A DNA stretch of 64,000 nucleotides from Styela clava. Its lineage: Eukaryota. The position numbers and the translations under genes are program-made. Location: positions 5,580,001 to 5,644,000 of the forward strand of contig NC_135257.1 of NCBI RefSeq assembly GCF_964204865.1, written 5' to 3'. Under the pieces are notes generated by a model. The model saw only the letters and a list, made by a program, of their open reading frames with translations. It was not told the DNA's origin and ran no database searches. This document shows positions 1 through 12,200 of this stretch, piece after piece (within the stretch, counting starts at the first letter, position 1; each line of letters begins with the position of its first letter).

Positions 1-282
1 GGGCGGATTGTAAATACGTCAAAAATTGTGTATATTAAATGTAAATAATACATATTATATAAATATTCTTCGATTACGGATTATACACAACTTCAATTTT
101 CGAAGAAAATAAATTTGGCCGTAGGCACTAGTCGTGGTATTATACAAAGTTGTGCTTTCTCAATTCTTAGTACATACATATTTACTTGGATTATCAAGCA
201 ACAAACGAACCTACAGTTTTTTAGTCAACATAAATTTTCAGTTTAGGGCAGTTTAATTTTGTTACAGTGTAACAAAACTGCC

Positions 283-3200
283 ATGATAACTCTAAGAATA
301 ATCGTGTTCATCTCGGCCTTGATAGCCAAATGTTATGGAATTCCGAAGCCGGGTATGTTTCAAATATTCTTGGTATCTTGTTTCTTGATATCTTAGGTTG
401 GCTTGTTTTATAAGTATTTTCTTGGAGAAATGAGTGGGGAAATCTGTGACTATGATATCTGTGATAAAGCAATATAAAACAATGTGGCATTTATTAGCAA
501 GATTCTGCATAGTCATGTACAACAAGAGAGCAATCTCAAATATATGGACCTAGCGAACAACAACAATCTTTGACCAAAACGATCGATGGGTTCACACTAT
601 CAGCTCAATCCACAAACATATAGACACCGAGTCCGTTACCGTTTAAAACGCATGTCACCTGAAAATGCGTTGGCAATATTTTGTAAAATCTTCAACCAGA
701 CAAGGTCCAGATTGAATTTGAAGATGATAGAAATAATAATGACTTATAAGACAATTCAATTTAACTATCAAAACCTGGAAACAATTAGTTCAGTGGATAA
801 GATAAAAATTTTGTTACAACTACAATTGGAAAAAATGCAATAATTCTCTGTCTGAACAGTGCAAACGCGTGATACTTCTGCAAAATAAAAACGTGTTTAT
901 TACGTTTCCTATAGACGTTATTCGTTGCGTTTCTTTCGGAAGCCAAATTGCTATATCCGGTAGAAGAGTTTGTGATGGAATGCGCGATTGTGACGAAGGC
1001 GAAGACGAAGAAAATTGCGATCAATCACTCCATCCATACGTAAGTCTACAATAAAAATGAAATGAAATTTTGAATCAACTTGTTCTCTATTTGAAATGTT
1101 GCAAGGTTTGTCCCATATAAGTTTCTGAACAATTCGCAACTATGCGTCTCGGTACTATGTTTTGCAAGAACGGTATTTTTTGTTAGTTGGTCATACCCAT
1201 TTTTGTCAGTACCTAACTCAATTAAGATGATGTTTGGTTATATCACCACATTTATGTCGTAGCGTTGAAATATTCGGACACAAAAGCGAATTTTTATCAG
1301 TAGCCTATCGGTAGTTTTTCTATCAAAAATAGTATTATTGTTAAATATCAAGTTTTTGACTGTAATTTAAATATGCCATCATGATAGTCTAAGTCACAAA
1401 TTCGACTTTGCAAAATAGATGTTTCAGAATTTTTGGATTGGTTTTAATACTCAATGTGAAAATTGCGATGTCGATTTTATTTTTTGAAACCGATGTATAT
1501 TAAAAACTTTTAGAAATTCAATTTAGAGGTAACGATAGTAGAAAATTATGGAACTAATGACATAGCTATTTGTGCTTTTCCGCCCCTCATCTTTTTGTTA
1601 GGATTGTGCAAAAAGAGAGTTTCAATGTTCAAACGGCATATGCTTACCAAAATTCCTGCATTGTGATGGAATAGAAGATTGTGGAGATGGAAGCGATGAA
1701 ACCAATTGTGACGTAATTAACGTAATTATTTTTTTGTGCTTTTGATTAGTTTAACTCGTTATTGTATTTTTATCTCACTCGTGACAGTATTGACCAAAAC
1801 CTGTCTACAAAGTGAAGAACGTGTAAATATTTAAAGTTTCATGGTCACACTATTTATAATCTCACAAAAAATTCAGCTCAATCCCGTCAAATACCTATAA
1901 TTTAGACAAGCAAAATCAACGTCTAATAACGTTTTAAATATAGTTTAACCTTATCACGCAAACAAGAAACAAACAGTTTAAGTCGATACAGGTGAATATG
2001 TCTTTTCCTAAGGCACCTTGCGAGTTGGAGAATTTCGATTGTGGTGATGGAATGTGCATACCGGCTAGTTTTGTATGTGACGATGAAGCTGATTGCGTAG
2101 ATGGTGAAGACGAAGTAAACTGCACTGCGAAAGAAGTAAGTTGACCTTGCATTTAAGCATACAACGGTTTCAAGCAAACTCCATGATAGAAGTCATTGTA
2201 TTAATTTCACAGCACATGGTTAACAAGAATGCCGATCGCATGTTGCTGTTTGCTAAGTTGAAAGTACACTTGCGTTTCGAGGTTCAAGGTTTTTCAAGGC
2301 TCTTGCGAATCAAGGTTTATTTATATTCCCGTTTATTTTTTATTCTATGATACGGGTTTCTGTAATAACCAAACTTTAACTTGGAAAATCAGCGCAATTT
2401 GATGGCTAAACTCGATGATTTAGAGTTGATAGAGTGGATGTTGAGAATATTTCCAAGCGTTTCGCATCCCGCTTGAGTTTTTGTGTTACAAATATCCCGA
2501 TCTGTGAGATTTTCATTCAATTTCGTAATATTGAGTAGGCCTACATTCCTTTTGTAGTAATAGATTCCTAAACGGGAGATGTAATGCAAAGCGGTTCTAA
2601 CTAATTACTGTTTCAGCCATGCACAGAATCAGAATTCCGTTGTGGAAATGGGGATTGCATTAACAGACTATTTGTTTGTGACCATTATGGTGATTGTAAT
2701 GACGGATCAGATGAATTTAATTGCACGGTTAGTGTTCAAAAAACATTTATATTCAGCAGTTACCCCCGTCTAAATCTTTACATCATCTAATCCGTTTTTA
2801 TTATTTCTTCTATTACTTAATTCCTTTTGTAGCCTATTCTGCTCCTCTATTCTACCCCTGCTATAACCCAACAAATCTCAACTCATCAGAAATCTTTTCT
2901 TTTTGATAAATAACTCATGGTTACCTATTATGCCTAAGAGGGAAGGAAACAATTGATATACTTCATCTTAATTCAGAAATGCAAATCAGGTGAATTCGAA
3001 TGTTGGGGCGACGGTTCTTGTATTCCTGAGAAGTCAAAATGTAATTATAACAGAGATTGCGATGATGGTTCGGATGAAATTTCCTGTCCTGAGGTCGATA
3101 ATTCCAGTGTAAGTTTTATTAGATCCATTAGTTGAATTTTATCAGAATTTAAAATATAACTTTGTAAAAATAACGCGCCAAAAGTGTATGTACATGTCTT

Positions 3201-6200
3201 TTTTTCGCCAACAAAATAGATTAAAGCAACATATTTTTCCCAACATATAATGAATAATTAAGCTGATTTGATACTCTGCAGAATCTAAATGTACCATTTC
3301 ACGTGCTTTTCTGCAGTGTGACGAATTTCTATGCAACACTAACGAATGCATCCCTTATGAACAAGCATGCGATGGCATACAGCAATGTTCAGATGGAACG
3401 GATGAAAAAGATTGCAAAGTTTGTTGTACAAACATGATATTTGTATAGTTTGTTAAATTGAAACCTCTTGTATGGAGCTCTGTTGAGTACGACGTCTAAT
3501 ATCGTTTTCCTTTATATCCGATACAACTGTCCTTAGCTATACCACTGCATAAAAAATATGATGCAAATTATCAGAGTTAAGTTGTGGTTATTTGGACACC
3601 AATTGTCCATATGGATCGTTTTGTAAAATCGTTGTCGTAGGACTTTTTGTTGAAAAAATGGCTATTACTCGAAAATGATCAATTTCTAATTTTCAATACT
3701 TAAGAACTGAGGAAGATCGAATTGGGCTTGCAGGGACCGTACTGTTACGGAAACTCTTTGAATACGGTATAACAGTCTTAAGTTCCGAGATATTTATCAA
3801 CAGTACAAAACCAAGTCACAGTCCTCTCCCTAGTTTTTTTTCTTCAAGCGGCAATTCGCCGGCTTATATATTCGACAGCACAGATGGGCCGCCAAAAGTG
3901 TCACATCATTACCACTCATTTTGTTGTCGCCTCATCTGTTTAGTCGGTCGAATCAAGGTTGACACTACAAGCTCCGCTGTCGCGGTATTCGCACGATTAA
4001 GTGAAGTTATATATATTGAACGACAATAGAGGGTGGACCACAGATACCAGCAGGCTATCACCCTTTTTTAAATTAACCGTGACCACTATTTCACCCAATG
4101 ATTCCTTGGTCTATTCGCGATAGTTCTGCGATTTCATCCAAGTATCTCATCCAAGGAGAGCATTGCTCTCCTGTTAATTTAGCCGAAGCAGCCTAAACCT
4201 TCAATCAAGAAGCGTACATTAACTCCTCAATAGACCTTATTCATTTAAAATCCATCCTACGCGCAAAAAAAAAAGTGACGTAAAAATTTTTTTTTTAACA
4301 TTAGCTCTTATGGGAAATGTGATCACCAGAGCAGAAATTTGCATTTTTTGGGATTTTCTAGCAATATCTCAGTATGAACGTGGGCAGTTTTAAAAATAGA
4401 ATATTTTTTAGATAGTTTTCGATACTTTTATCACTATAAACACGGTCGAGATTTTTTATAATCGTTCATCGAAATTTTAATGGGCGAGGTGTTTCCACTG
4501 ATGTCACTCTCGCTTTACCATGACATTCGGCCATAGCATTGTGGTCTGCGATAAAATGCGCGCCGGCTGCTCGTTCTTCTCATTCTGTAGGACCGGTAAT
4601 TGATTACCGACATGTCGTCGCTTAGCATTTAGTGAAAGACCTATTTTCGCTATTGCAGTTATGCTGAAATGGCAGTCTGTTCACGTATTCAGTCAGGTTA
4701 TCTTCTCGTTATTGGCTTTGCACATGTCTTACCGATAGAGTGACCTTTCTCTAGAGGCTTGCTGACATATACGGTACCTGTATCTGTACCGGTATTGACT
4801 TTACACTTTATGTAATACAGTAATATGATGGTTAGATTAATGTTTGTTTGTACCGTACCGGTATACGACTTACCGTATCCTACCTATTGTCAAAAATGCA
4901 ATAAAAGTTTTAGTTTTCACTCTTTAATGCAATACTGGTGCCGGTACCGGTATGCTTAGGACTGTATGGTACGGTAATTATTATACGGTACAGTTTTAGA
5001 CTTAACAGTACCTGGTATGTGACAAATCAATTATCGTGTTGGAAATGTAATAATCAAATAATTTCTACATTAAGATCCTACTGTACGGTATATTATATAA
5101 CATATCATTTACAAGATGTCAGGCCGAGTTTGCTGTGTCATCAAATGCACCAATCATGCCTATAAACTTCAGAAGTGGAAATCATCCCACTGCCCTATTC
5201 ATAATGTATCGAAAGGTGAAGAAGGCTGTATTTGTACTCCACCGTTCGAGCATCATCCTTTTCCAACGGAACTCAAAGACCCGGAAGGTCGACAGAATTG
5301 GATACATAACATGAATAGAAAAGAACCGGGCAGTAGTAAGTGTGTACTTAATTGGCAGCCAACAAAATATTCTCGAGTATGTTCCATTCATTTCGTAGAC
5401 GGGAGACCCACTTCAAGTAACCCATATCCAACTCTGTGCATGGGATATGAAACATCAATCGTATCAAATAAAAGATGCTTGCCCAGTTATAGGGCGTCTT
5501 ATGCACCAAAATGTAAAAAACGTAGAACTGAAGTTTTGGCTGTTCCCACAAATTTAAATTTCGAACATAATTATTGCCTAAATGCAGATATGGGAAAACT
5601 TGCTCAAGTCATCAAAAGTCTTAAGATTGAGAATGCCAAATTACGAGGAAATAATAGAAATTTGAGATCCGAAGTTGCCAAACTAAAATGTTCATTTCGG
5701 AAAGTTAATGCTCTACCTCCATTACATACAGACAAGTCCGTGGCATTTTATACTGGGTTTCCTTCAAAAAAAGTTTTAGACAAAGTCACAAACCTTTTAA
5801 GAAGCAAGGCACCAAGGACAAACTTTTTAAAAGGCAACGCACCAAGAAAACGTATTATCAGCTCCAAAATCTTAATGTCTACCCGGATGCATAAACTGAG
5901 CTTTTCTCAACAACTCATTATGACTTTAATGAGGCTAAGACTCGGATTGTTAATCACAGACCTAGCTGAAAGATTTCATGTATCCCAAGCGACTGCATCA
6001 AGGGTTATCGGAAATATGTTGAAATTTTTGTCACATCAGATGAAAAGCCTAATCAATAATCCATCACGCTATCATATCATGAATTTACCCCGAAAGTTCA
6101 GAATAAGACCATACAATAAAGTCAGGTGGATCTTAGATTGTACAGAGTTGTTCATTGCGACCCCAAAGGACTTGCATATGCAGTGTATTACTTGGAGCGA

Positions 6201-9200
6201 CTATAAACACCACAATACTGCGAAATATCTTTTAAGTGTCCATCCAAATGGAATGATTAATTTTTTGTCGCGTGGGTGGGGTGGAAGAGCAAGTGACAAT
6301 CATATAGTCAAGAATAGCGGTTTTTTGAATTTGCTAGAACCTGGCGATATGGTAATGGCTGACAGAGGATTCCTCATCAGAGATGAGCTTCTCATTCGTC
6401 AAGCAGATCTATTGATACCTCCAGGAAAACAGGGCAAGGAACAAATGCCTCTAAGTGATGTGACAGCAACGAAAAACATAGCAAATAGGCGAATTGTGGT
6501 AGAGCAAGCCATAGGTCGCCTAAAAAAATTCAAAATTTTACAGTCGGAAATACCTATCAGACTATTGCCTCAATTGGACAATATTATGGTAATCTGCGCA
6601 GGTATCAGCAATATGAAACCACCCTTCTATTCCTAGGCGACCTAATATCCTGCCCCCCAATAATAGCCCTATGCTTTTGCTCTGTATTCGTGAGCTTTAA
6701 CTATAGTTAGATATCTAAATTAATATACAGGGTGTCTCAAAAGTAAGTTACGTTTCAGGTACTTGTCTTTTCATTTCTTCAGAAAACATAGTATGGATAA
6801 CTAGTAAAATTTAGGTAATGTTTGCATTTTTTAACAAACCATAAATGAAAAGGGGATTAACCTGAGAAATGAGGTGAAAATTCAAATTCTCTGAGGAAAA
6901 CATTAATTAATAATTTTAAATTCTCTGTTTAATAGGCGCTAAGTTTGCCTTGCTAATCTACATGCTTTTTGCCAATCAGCAATTTTGCTCCTCATTTTTG
7001 GGGTTAATCTTATTGTCATTCTGTGGGTTGGGAAAAAGTGTAAACAATACTTATTAAATTTTACTACTTATCCATACTATGTTTCCAGAAGAAATGAATG
7101 CTTTATCACGAGTACCTGAAAAGCAAATCAAAATTAAAAGTGTATACCGGTACTTACTTTTGAGACACATACCTACATGCATATTTGCAAAAACTACCTT
7201 TTATTTGTGGGGCTGAGCCATCACTGATTTCAATAAGTTTACTTCTTGATATTTCTATTTTTGAGCCCTATTTGTTTCTTGCAAAAACTGCCTTTTTTGT
7301 GAAGCAGAACCATTACTGATTTAAATAAGTTTATTTCTTGATATTTCTATTTTTGAGCACTATTTGTGTATTTGCAAAAACTGCCTATTATTTGTGAGGC
7401 AGAACCATTACTGATTTCAATAAGTTTACTTCTTGATATTTCTATTTTTGAGCCCTATTTGTTTCTTGCAAAAACTGCCTTTTTTGTGAAGCAGAACCAT
7501 TACTGATTTAAGTAAGTTTATTTCTTGATATTTCTATTTTTGAGCACTATTTGCAAAAACTGCCTTTTGTTTGTGAGGCAGAACCATTACTGATTAAAAA
7601 TAAATTTATTTCTTGATATTTCTATTTTTGAGCACTATTTGTTTATCTGCAAAAACTGCCTTTTATTTTTGAGGCTAAACTCTTGCTGATCTATTCATCT
7701 ATTAAGGACTATTTGAGTGAAACCCAAATAATAGTTTATTTATATTTGCTTACTCCTCTGCTGCCTTAAATGATTTATTTCATATTCATTTTTTTTACCT
7801 AATCTGACATTGAATGGTACTTCTAGTTCTGCTGTATATCCACATCCCCATTCATTAAACAATTCCTGTATGTAATCAGCATCATTTTGTTACTTGTACT
7901 CTTACAAATCATATGCCCACCCCAGGGATGGACCAAAAATTAAGGGTGATAGGCTCGCAGGACATATTTGTAGAAAGTTAAAAACCTTATTGATGGCCGA
8001 TAAATCACAGTTAAGAGTTTGAGCAGCGCATGAAGTGACTGCGCCAACATGGCGTCTGACATTTAATGTGAAATTTTTGTTAAATGTTCAGATGCATATG
8101 TCTGGTCTCGTAGTAGATTATGGTGCTTGAAGTCGACTTTCTTTTGTTGTAATGGCGATTGCTTGGTCACCTTGATGTACAAATCGAACGTATTTAGTTT
8201 GATTCATCAAGTTCCTGTAAGATTTCCCAAAGGGTGCCCCCACTTGTATCAGTTTTTGGCATCTCTAAAATGCGATTTTTTGTGCAAGTTCATACTTTTA
8301 TCATAGAGAAGAAATAAATGATTGTGTACTGCAAAATATTCCCATTCATTATAATAGGCGGACTCCTCAATGCTACTTTCCACTTATATTTGTGAGTAGA
8401 CAGCGCTGCTTTACTCAAACTTCAGTTTATTTTTCAATATTTTGGGGTTTTGAGCCATGCCTTTACAAGGTGGTCTTGAAATCCTGAATTTCTCAGTAAT
8501 AAAAATTTTAGCTGGACCTAAGTACAGCTAAAATTTTTATTATTGGGAAATTCAGGATTATAATGGCTCAAAGCCCCAAAATCTTGAAAAAAGATAGTTC
8601 TAAGTTCCAATATGATGGGCTTGAACATCAGAAATGAAATGTCCGAAACTTACATCTGTTCAGTGCAACTTAGGCCTAAGTCATAGGGGGGGGAAAAAGC
8701 TGAAGTGTGATTAAAAAAGGTTAATATAATCCACATTAAAATAACCAGAGCTCAGGTTTTCACCAACTGTGAATATCTAGAAAATCAAAAATAAAAAAAT
8801 TCCAAATTGTTTTTTTGCGTTTTTTTCGAAATTATGACTTAGGCCTGTTCTGTTCTCATAGGGCGAGGTGTCCAAATCTGAACTTGTGTACCAGTAGTTC
8901 ATTTAGCATCATTGCTTCATATACTCTTCACCTATAAAATTATTATTTTGTTTTAGAAGCTGAATCCTTGTGAGCTTTTGTGTTTACATATTGTTTATTT
9001 GCCAATACAGCTCGCCATTTGAAAAGCTGACACTCTGCTACGTCTTTGTTGACAAATAAATGATGATAGCTTATATGCGTGCGTTGGAATTATGTGTGTC
9101 AGGGATTGCCTAGGAGTTAGCTGATGGCTTGGAAATCCCATCGCATCTGTGTGTAATTACTTTAGGCCATGGAAGTACTGGCCGCCTCCATGAAAAGAGT

Positions 9201-12200
9201 TGATAAATGTAAAAAAAACTGGACTAATTTGGTTTTGGATAACCATAAAGAAAAACTCCATTAATATCAATGCTCTTTATTAATATGCAAACAATTTTTT
9301 ACTCTAGTCAAAGCAACTTGGGAGCAACAAACTCATTGAAAAAATATCTCAACTTGGGCTTTATACCCATCCAAAAACTCTCATCAAACATAATTCTACA
9401 TCTAATATGACCATGTACAGAGTAAACAAAAAAGTCACACCACTTAGTTTTTGAAATGGCCATTTGACCTTGAACTTGAAAATAGTATGGGTGTGTGGTT
9501 TTTAGCTTTGGTTCCCCCCCTTCATATACAATATATGGTGGCGGAGAGCATGCAGGAGAGGTATCTCTCAAGCTGTATGGACATTTAATTTCCAAAACAC
9601 CGTCACCGCAGCATTTGCAATACACCACCATGTCTGGAGATGCCCCTAGGAACAGCAAGTTTTGGTCAATGAAAAGGCCACATTCTCTAGCTGTTATCTC
9701 ATGTTTTGTTTGCCTCATCAAATCCAGGTAAACTGACTTTGCAATATTTTCTGTTTTCACGCCATATTTAACTGCAGGTAAGTGACCTAAATCTTTTTGT
9801 AGGCCGAACACTTTGTCTAATATTATATTGAGCCTAACATGCTTGCCTAAATTCAAACTATTGACCTTACACACTACCTCATGAAAATTTGAGGCAGTCA
9901 GCCTATTTTTGCGTGCCATTTTCCAATCATTATTAGTAGCCTGACCCTTTGTCCTTCTTTCTAAATCTTCAACCTCATCACTTGTAGCCGCTGTAAGACT
10001 ATTTTTCCAAACCTCCTTCATACTTAAAAGCTTATCAGATTTACTCTCCTCTTTCCCTGCATATTCGAACATCAATTCTTGAGACACTGAGGCATGAGCT
10101 ATGCTGAAACAACTACTCTCTCCAACATCTTTCAAACATTCCAGCCACTGCTCTGTACTTAGTGGTTTTTCACTTATAGGATCACTCTGTCGACAAATTT
10201 TTCTTTTGACTGAAATGAATATAATAGATTAAGTATATAGAAGTTCATCTCCCTCTTAATGATATTGCCCCATTATCAATCATTTCATTTCAGCAATCTG
10301 GCAGAAATAAAAACAAAAAGTAAATTAACAAACAGTGCAGTGCCTTTCAAAAATGAGTGTAGCTGCTATTCCATGTAGTGGAAGCTGGTTGTTTGAAGTT
10401 TCTGGATTCGTGGGTAATGTGAAGTTCGAGAATTGTTTCCCATTATCCTTCCATTACCTCAGTACACTATAATTTATACAAATGAGGCTCACCTGTTTCT
10501 CCGTATTTTGGCTTCTTCATTACTAAATGTCGTAGTTCACTTGGTTCAATTTTCAATTTTTTTGAGGGAATAATCCAAGTACATGGTAAGGAAGTGCACG
10601 CCTGATTTGAAGCACGCTCCATTTTTAGCAGAAGACTTGCTACATGATTACATGTTTGATGTATTCTAAGTATTGAAAAATAAATAATGTCACGAATAAT
10701 TATATCATAAGAAGATGTTTAAGGACAGAGAAATTATTATAAATGCAGTATCCATCTAATCTCTCACATCAGCATAGAGTTTTCAGCTGAAAACTACAAC
10801 CTTAGCACTTTTATAAATTTTCATTCTAACCATAATTCTACAACCTGCAGTTTTGTCAATTTACAATAATCTACTAAAATTTCACAATCAAAAATGAATT
10901 TCAGCAAAGTTATTAACAATTAAAAATAGTACTTTATGAGGTGCTCCTGAAGTATGTGTACCAAAAGGAGGTAATTATTTTTGTTCGCCTATTTTACATT
11001 AAGGCCTAACCTGGTACTCATACTTTGGGGGTACCCTTTACGAAATACATTCTGTAGGAATCTTACCCTGCAGTACAGGAACAAAATCCTCTAACAATCT
11101 GTCCATTATCCCGTCTGCAGCAAACCCACAACTTATGAGGCGGATCATTAATCCGCTGAGACGGGAAACAGTTTGCTTTCAGTATGCAATAATGTTTGAA
11201 GCGAAGATAATATACTTCTTTAAGCCACATGGAAGCAAAGTAGCTGTATGGCTTGCCCAGCTTATACCCATCCAAAATCTTCTCCATCACTTCAGCTTCA
11301 CCTTTACTCAAATACAGAGCAATGTCTGTAATGTGGAGGTTAGGCCAAAGAGCTACTCCATTTTTTTCCGCAATCCAGGGCAATGGATCAGATTCAGACG
11401 AATTAGGATCGGGTAACTTGATTCCATCTGGAGCAAGTAGGATATTTTGATATTCCTGCACCACAGAAGCTGAAAGCTCCTGCGGTGACTTTTTTATCTC
11501 CAGGTTCATTGCCTGTGTTGCATATGCAAGGGCAACCAACTCAGCTTTTGTTTTTTTTGATGTCGCAAGTCCATATCTTCTCAAAAAAATCTTTAAACTG
11601 TCTACATTCCACCGCATTATGTCCTCCATAGTATATTGTGGCATTGTTGGATGAAGATTTTAGAATATATGTGTTAATTGTAAATAATCTGATAACAACT
11701 ACAGGAAGATTGGCGAGGTGAAGCTTTTAGTCCTCGCTGCCGTAAGGTGGTTCACTAACCGCTGGTCGGTTACGGCTTGCTCCACCATCAAGTCCATGCT
11801 TCCGAAAACAAATAACTGGCTAACCAATACCAGACCTGGGCTGGTAACCGGACGAGAGGCCGTTGTTCGCCATATGATTAAGCCTCTCCCCCGGGATAAA
11901 TATGTAAATCCTATTGCAATATTGTATTCGCTGGACGAAAAGGAAGTTGCAGTAGCCTATACCGTTACTGGAAATATTAGGATCAGTTATGCATTTGTCT
12001 GTTAACTGAATAAAGATTAACTACCACTACCGATTTGTTCAAAAGGAATTATTTTAAATAGGATTTACATATATATCCCGAGAAGAAGAATATAAGACGG
12101 CCTAACTATAAGGCGAAACACGTCGTCTCATCTCGTCCATGTCGGTTACCGATATGAGGCTGGTTAGTTAATTTTCTCCAAAGCATGGACTTGATGATGG

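Noticed and set aside
292-843. Short ORFs in the track here and throughout introns and intergenic regions
   Set aside because: No motifs, often non-ATG starts, or antisense shadows of real exons. Expected by chance in AT-rich DNA.
5116-6636. Domesticated HARBI1/THAP host gene
   Set aside because: Enclosed by near-identical TIRs with a TSD inside another gene's intron, so it is a transposon gene.
7182-7692. CRISPR-like array beside an integrase and a Cas4-fold nuclease
   Set aside because: Units are near-identical along their whole length with no unique spacers, and the context is eukaryotic. Kept only as a tandem repeat.
9308-10135. Phage/viral contamination or endogenous virus (YqaJ 'viral recombinase')
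   Set aside because: The gene has spliceosomal introns and a poly(A) signal, lies inside TIRs, and no capsid or polymerase genes are nearby.
11718-12005. Third gene in the transposon (95-aa ORF)
   Set aside because: GTG start and overlaps a SINE fragment. ORFs at 39449 and 40662 are likewise SINE read-throughs.
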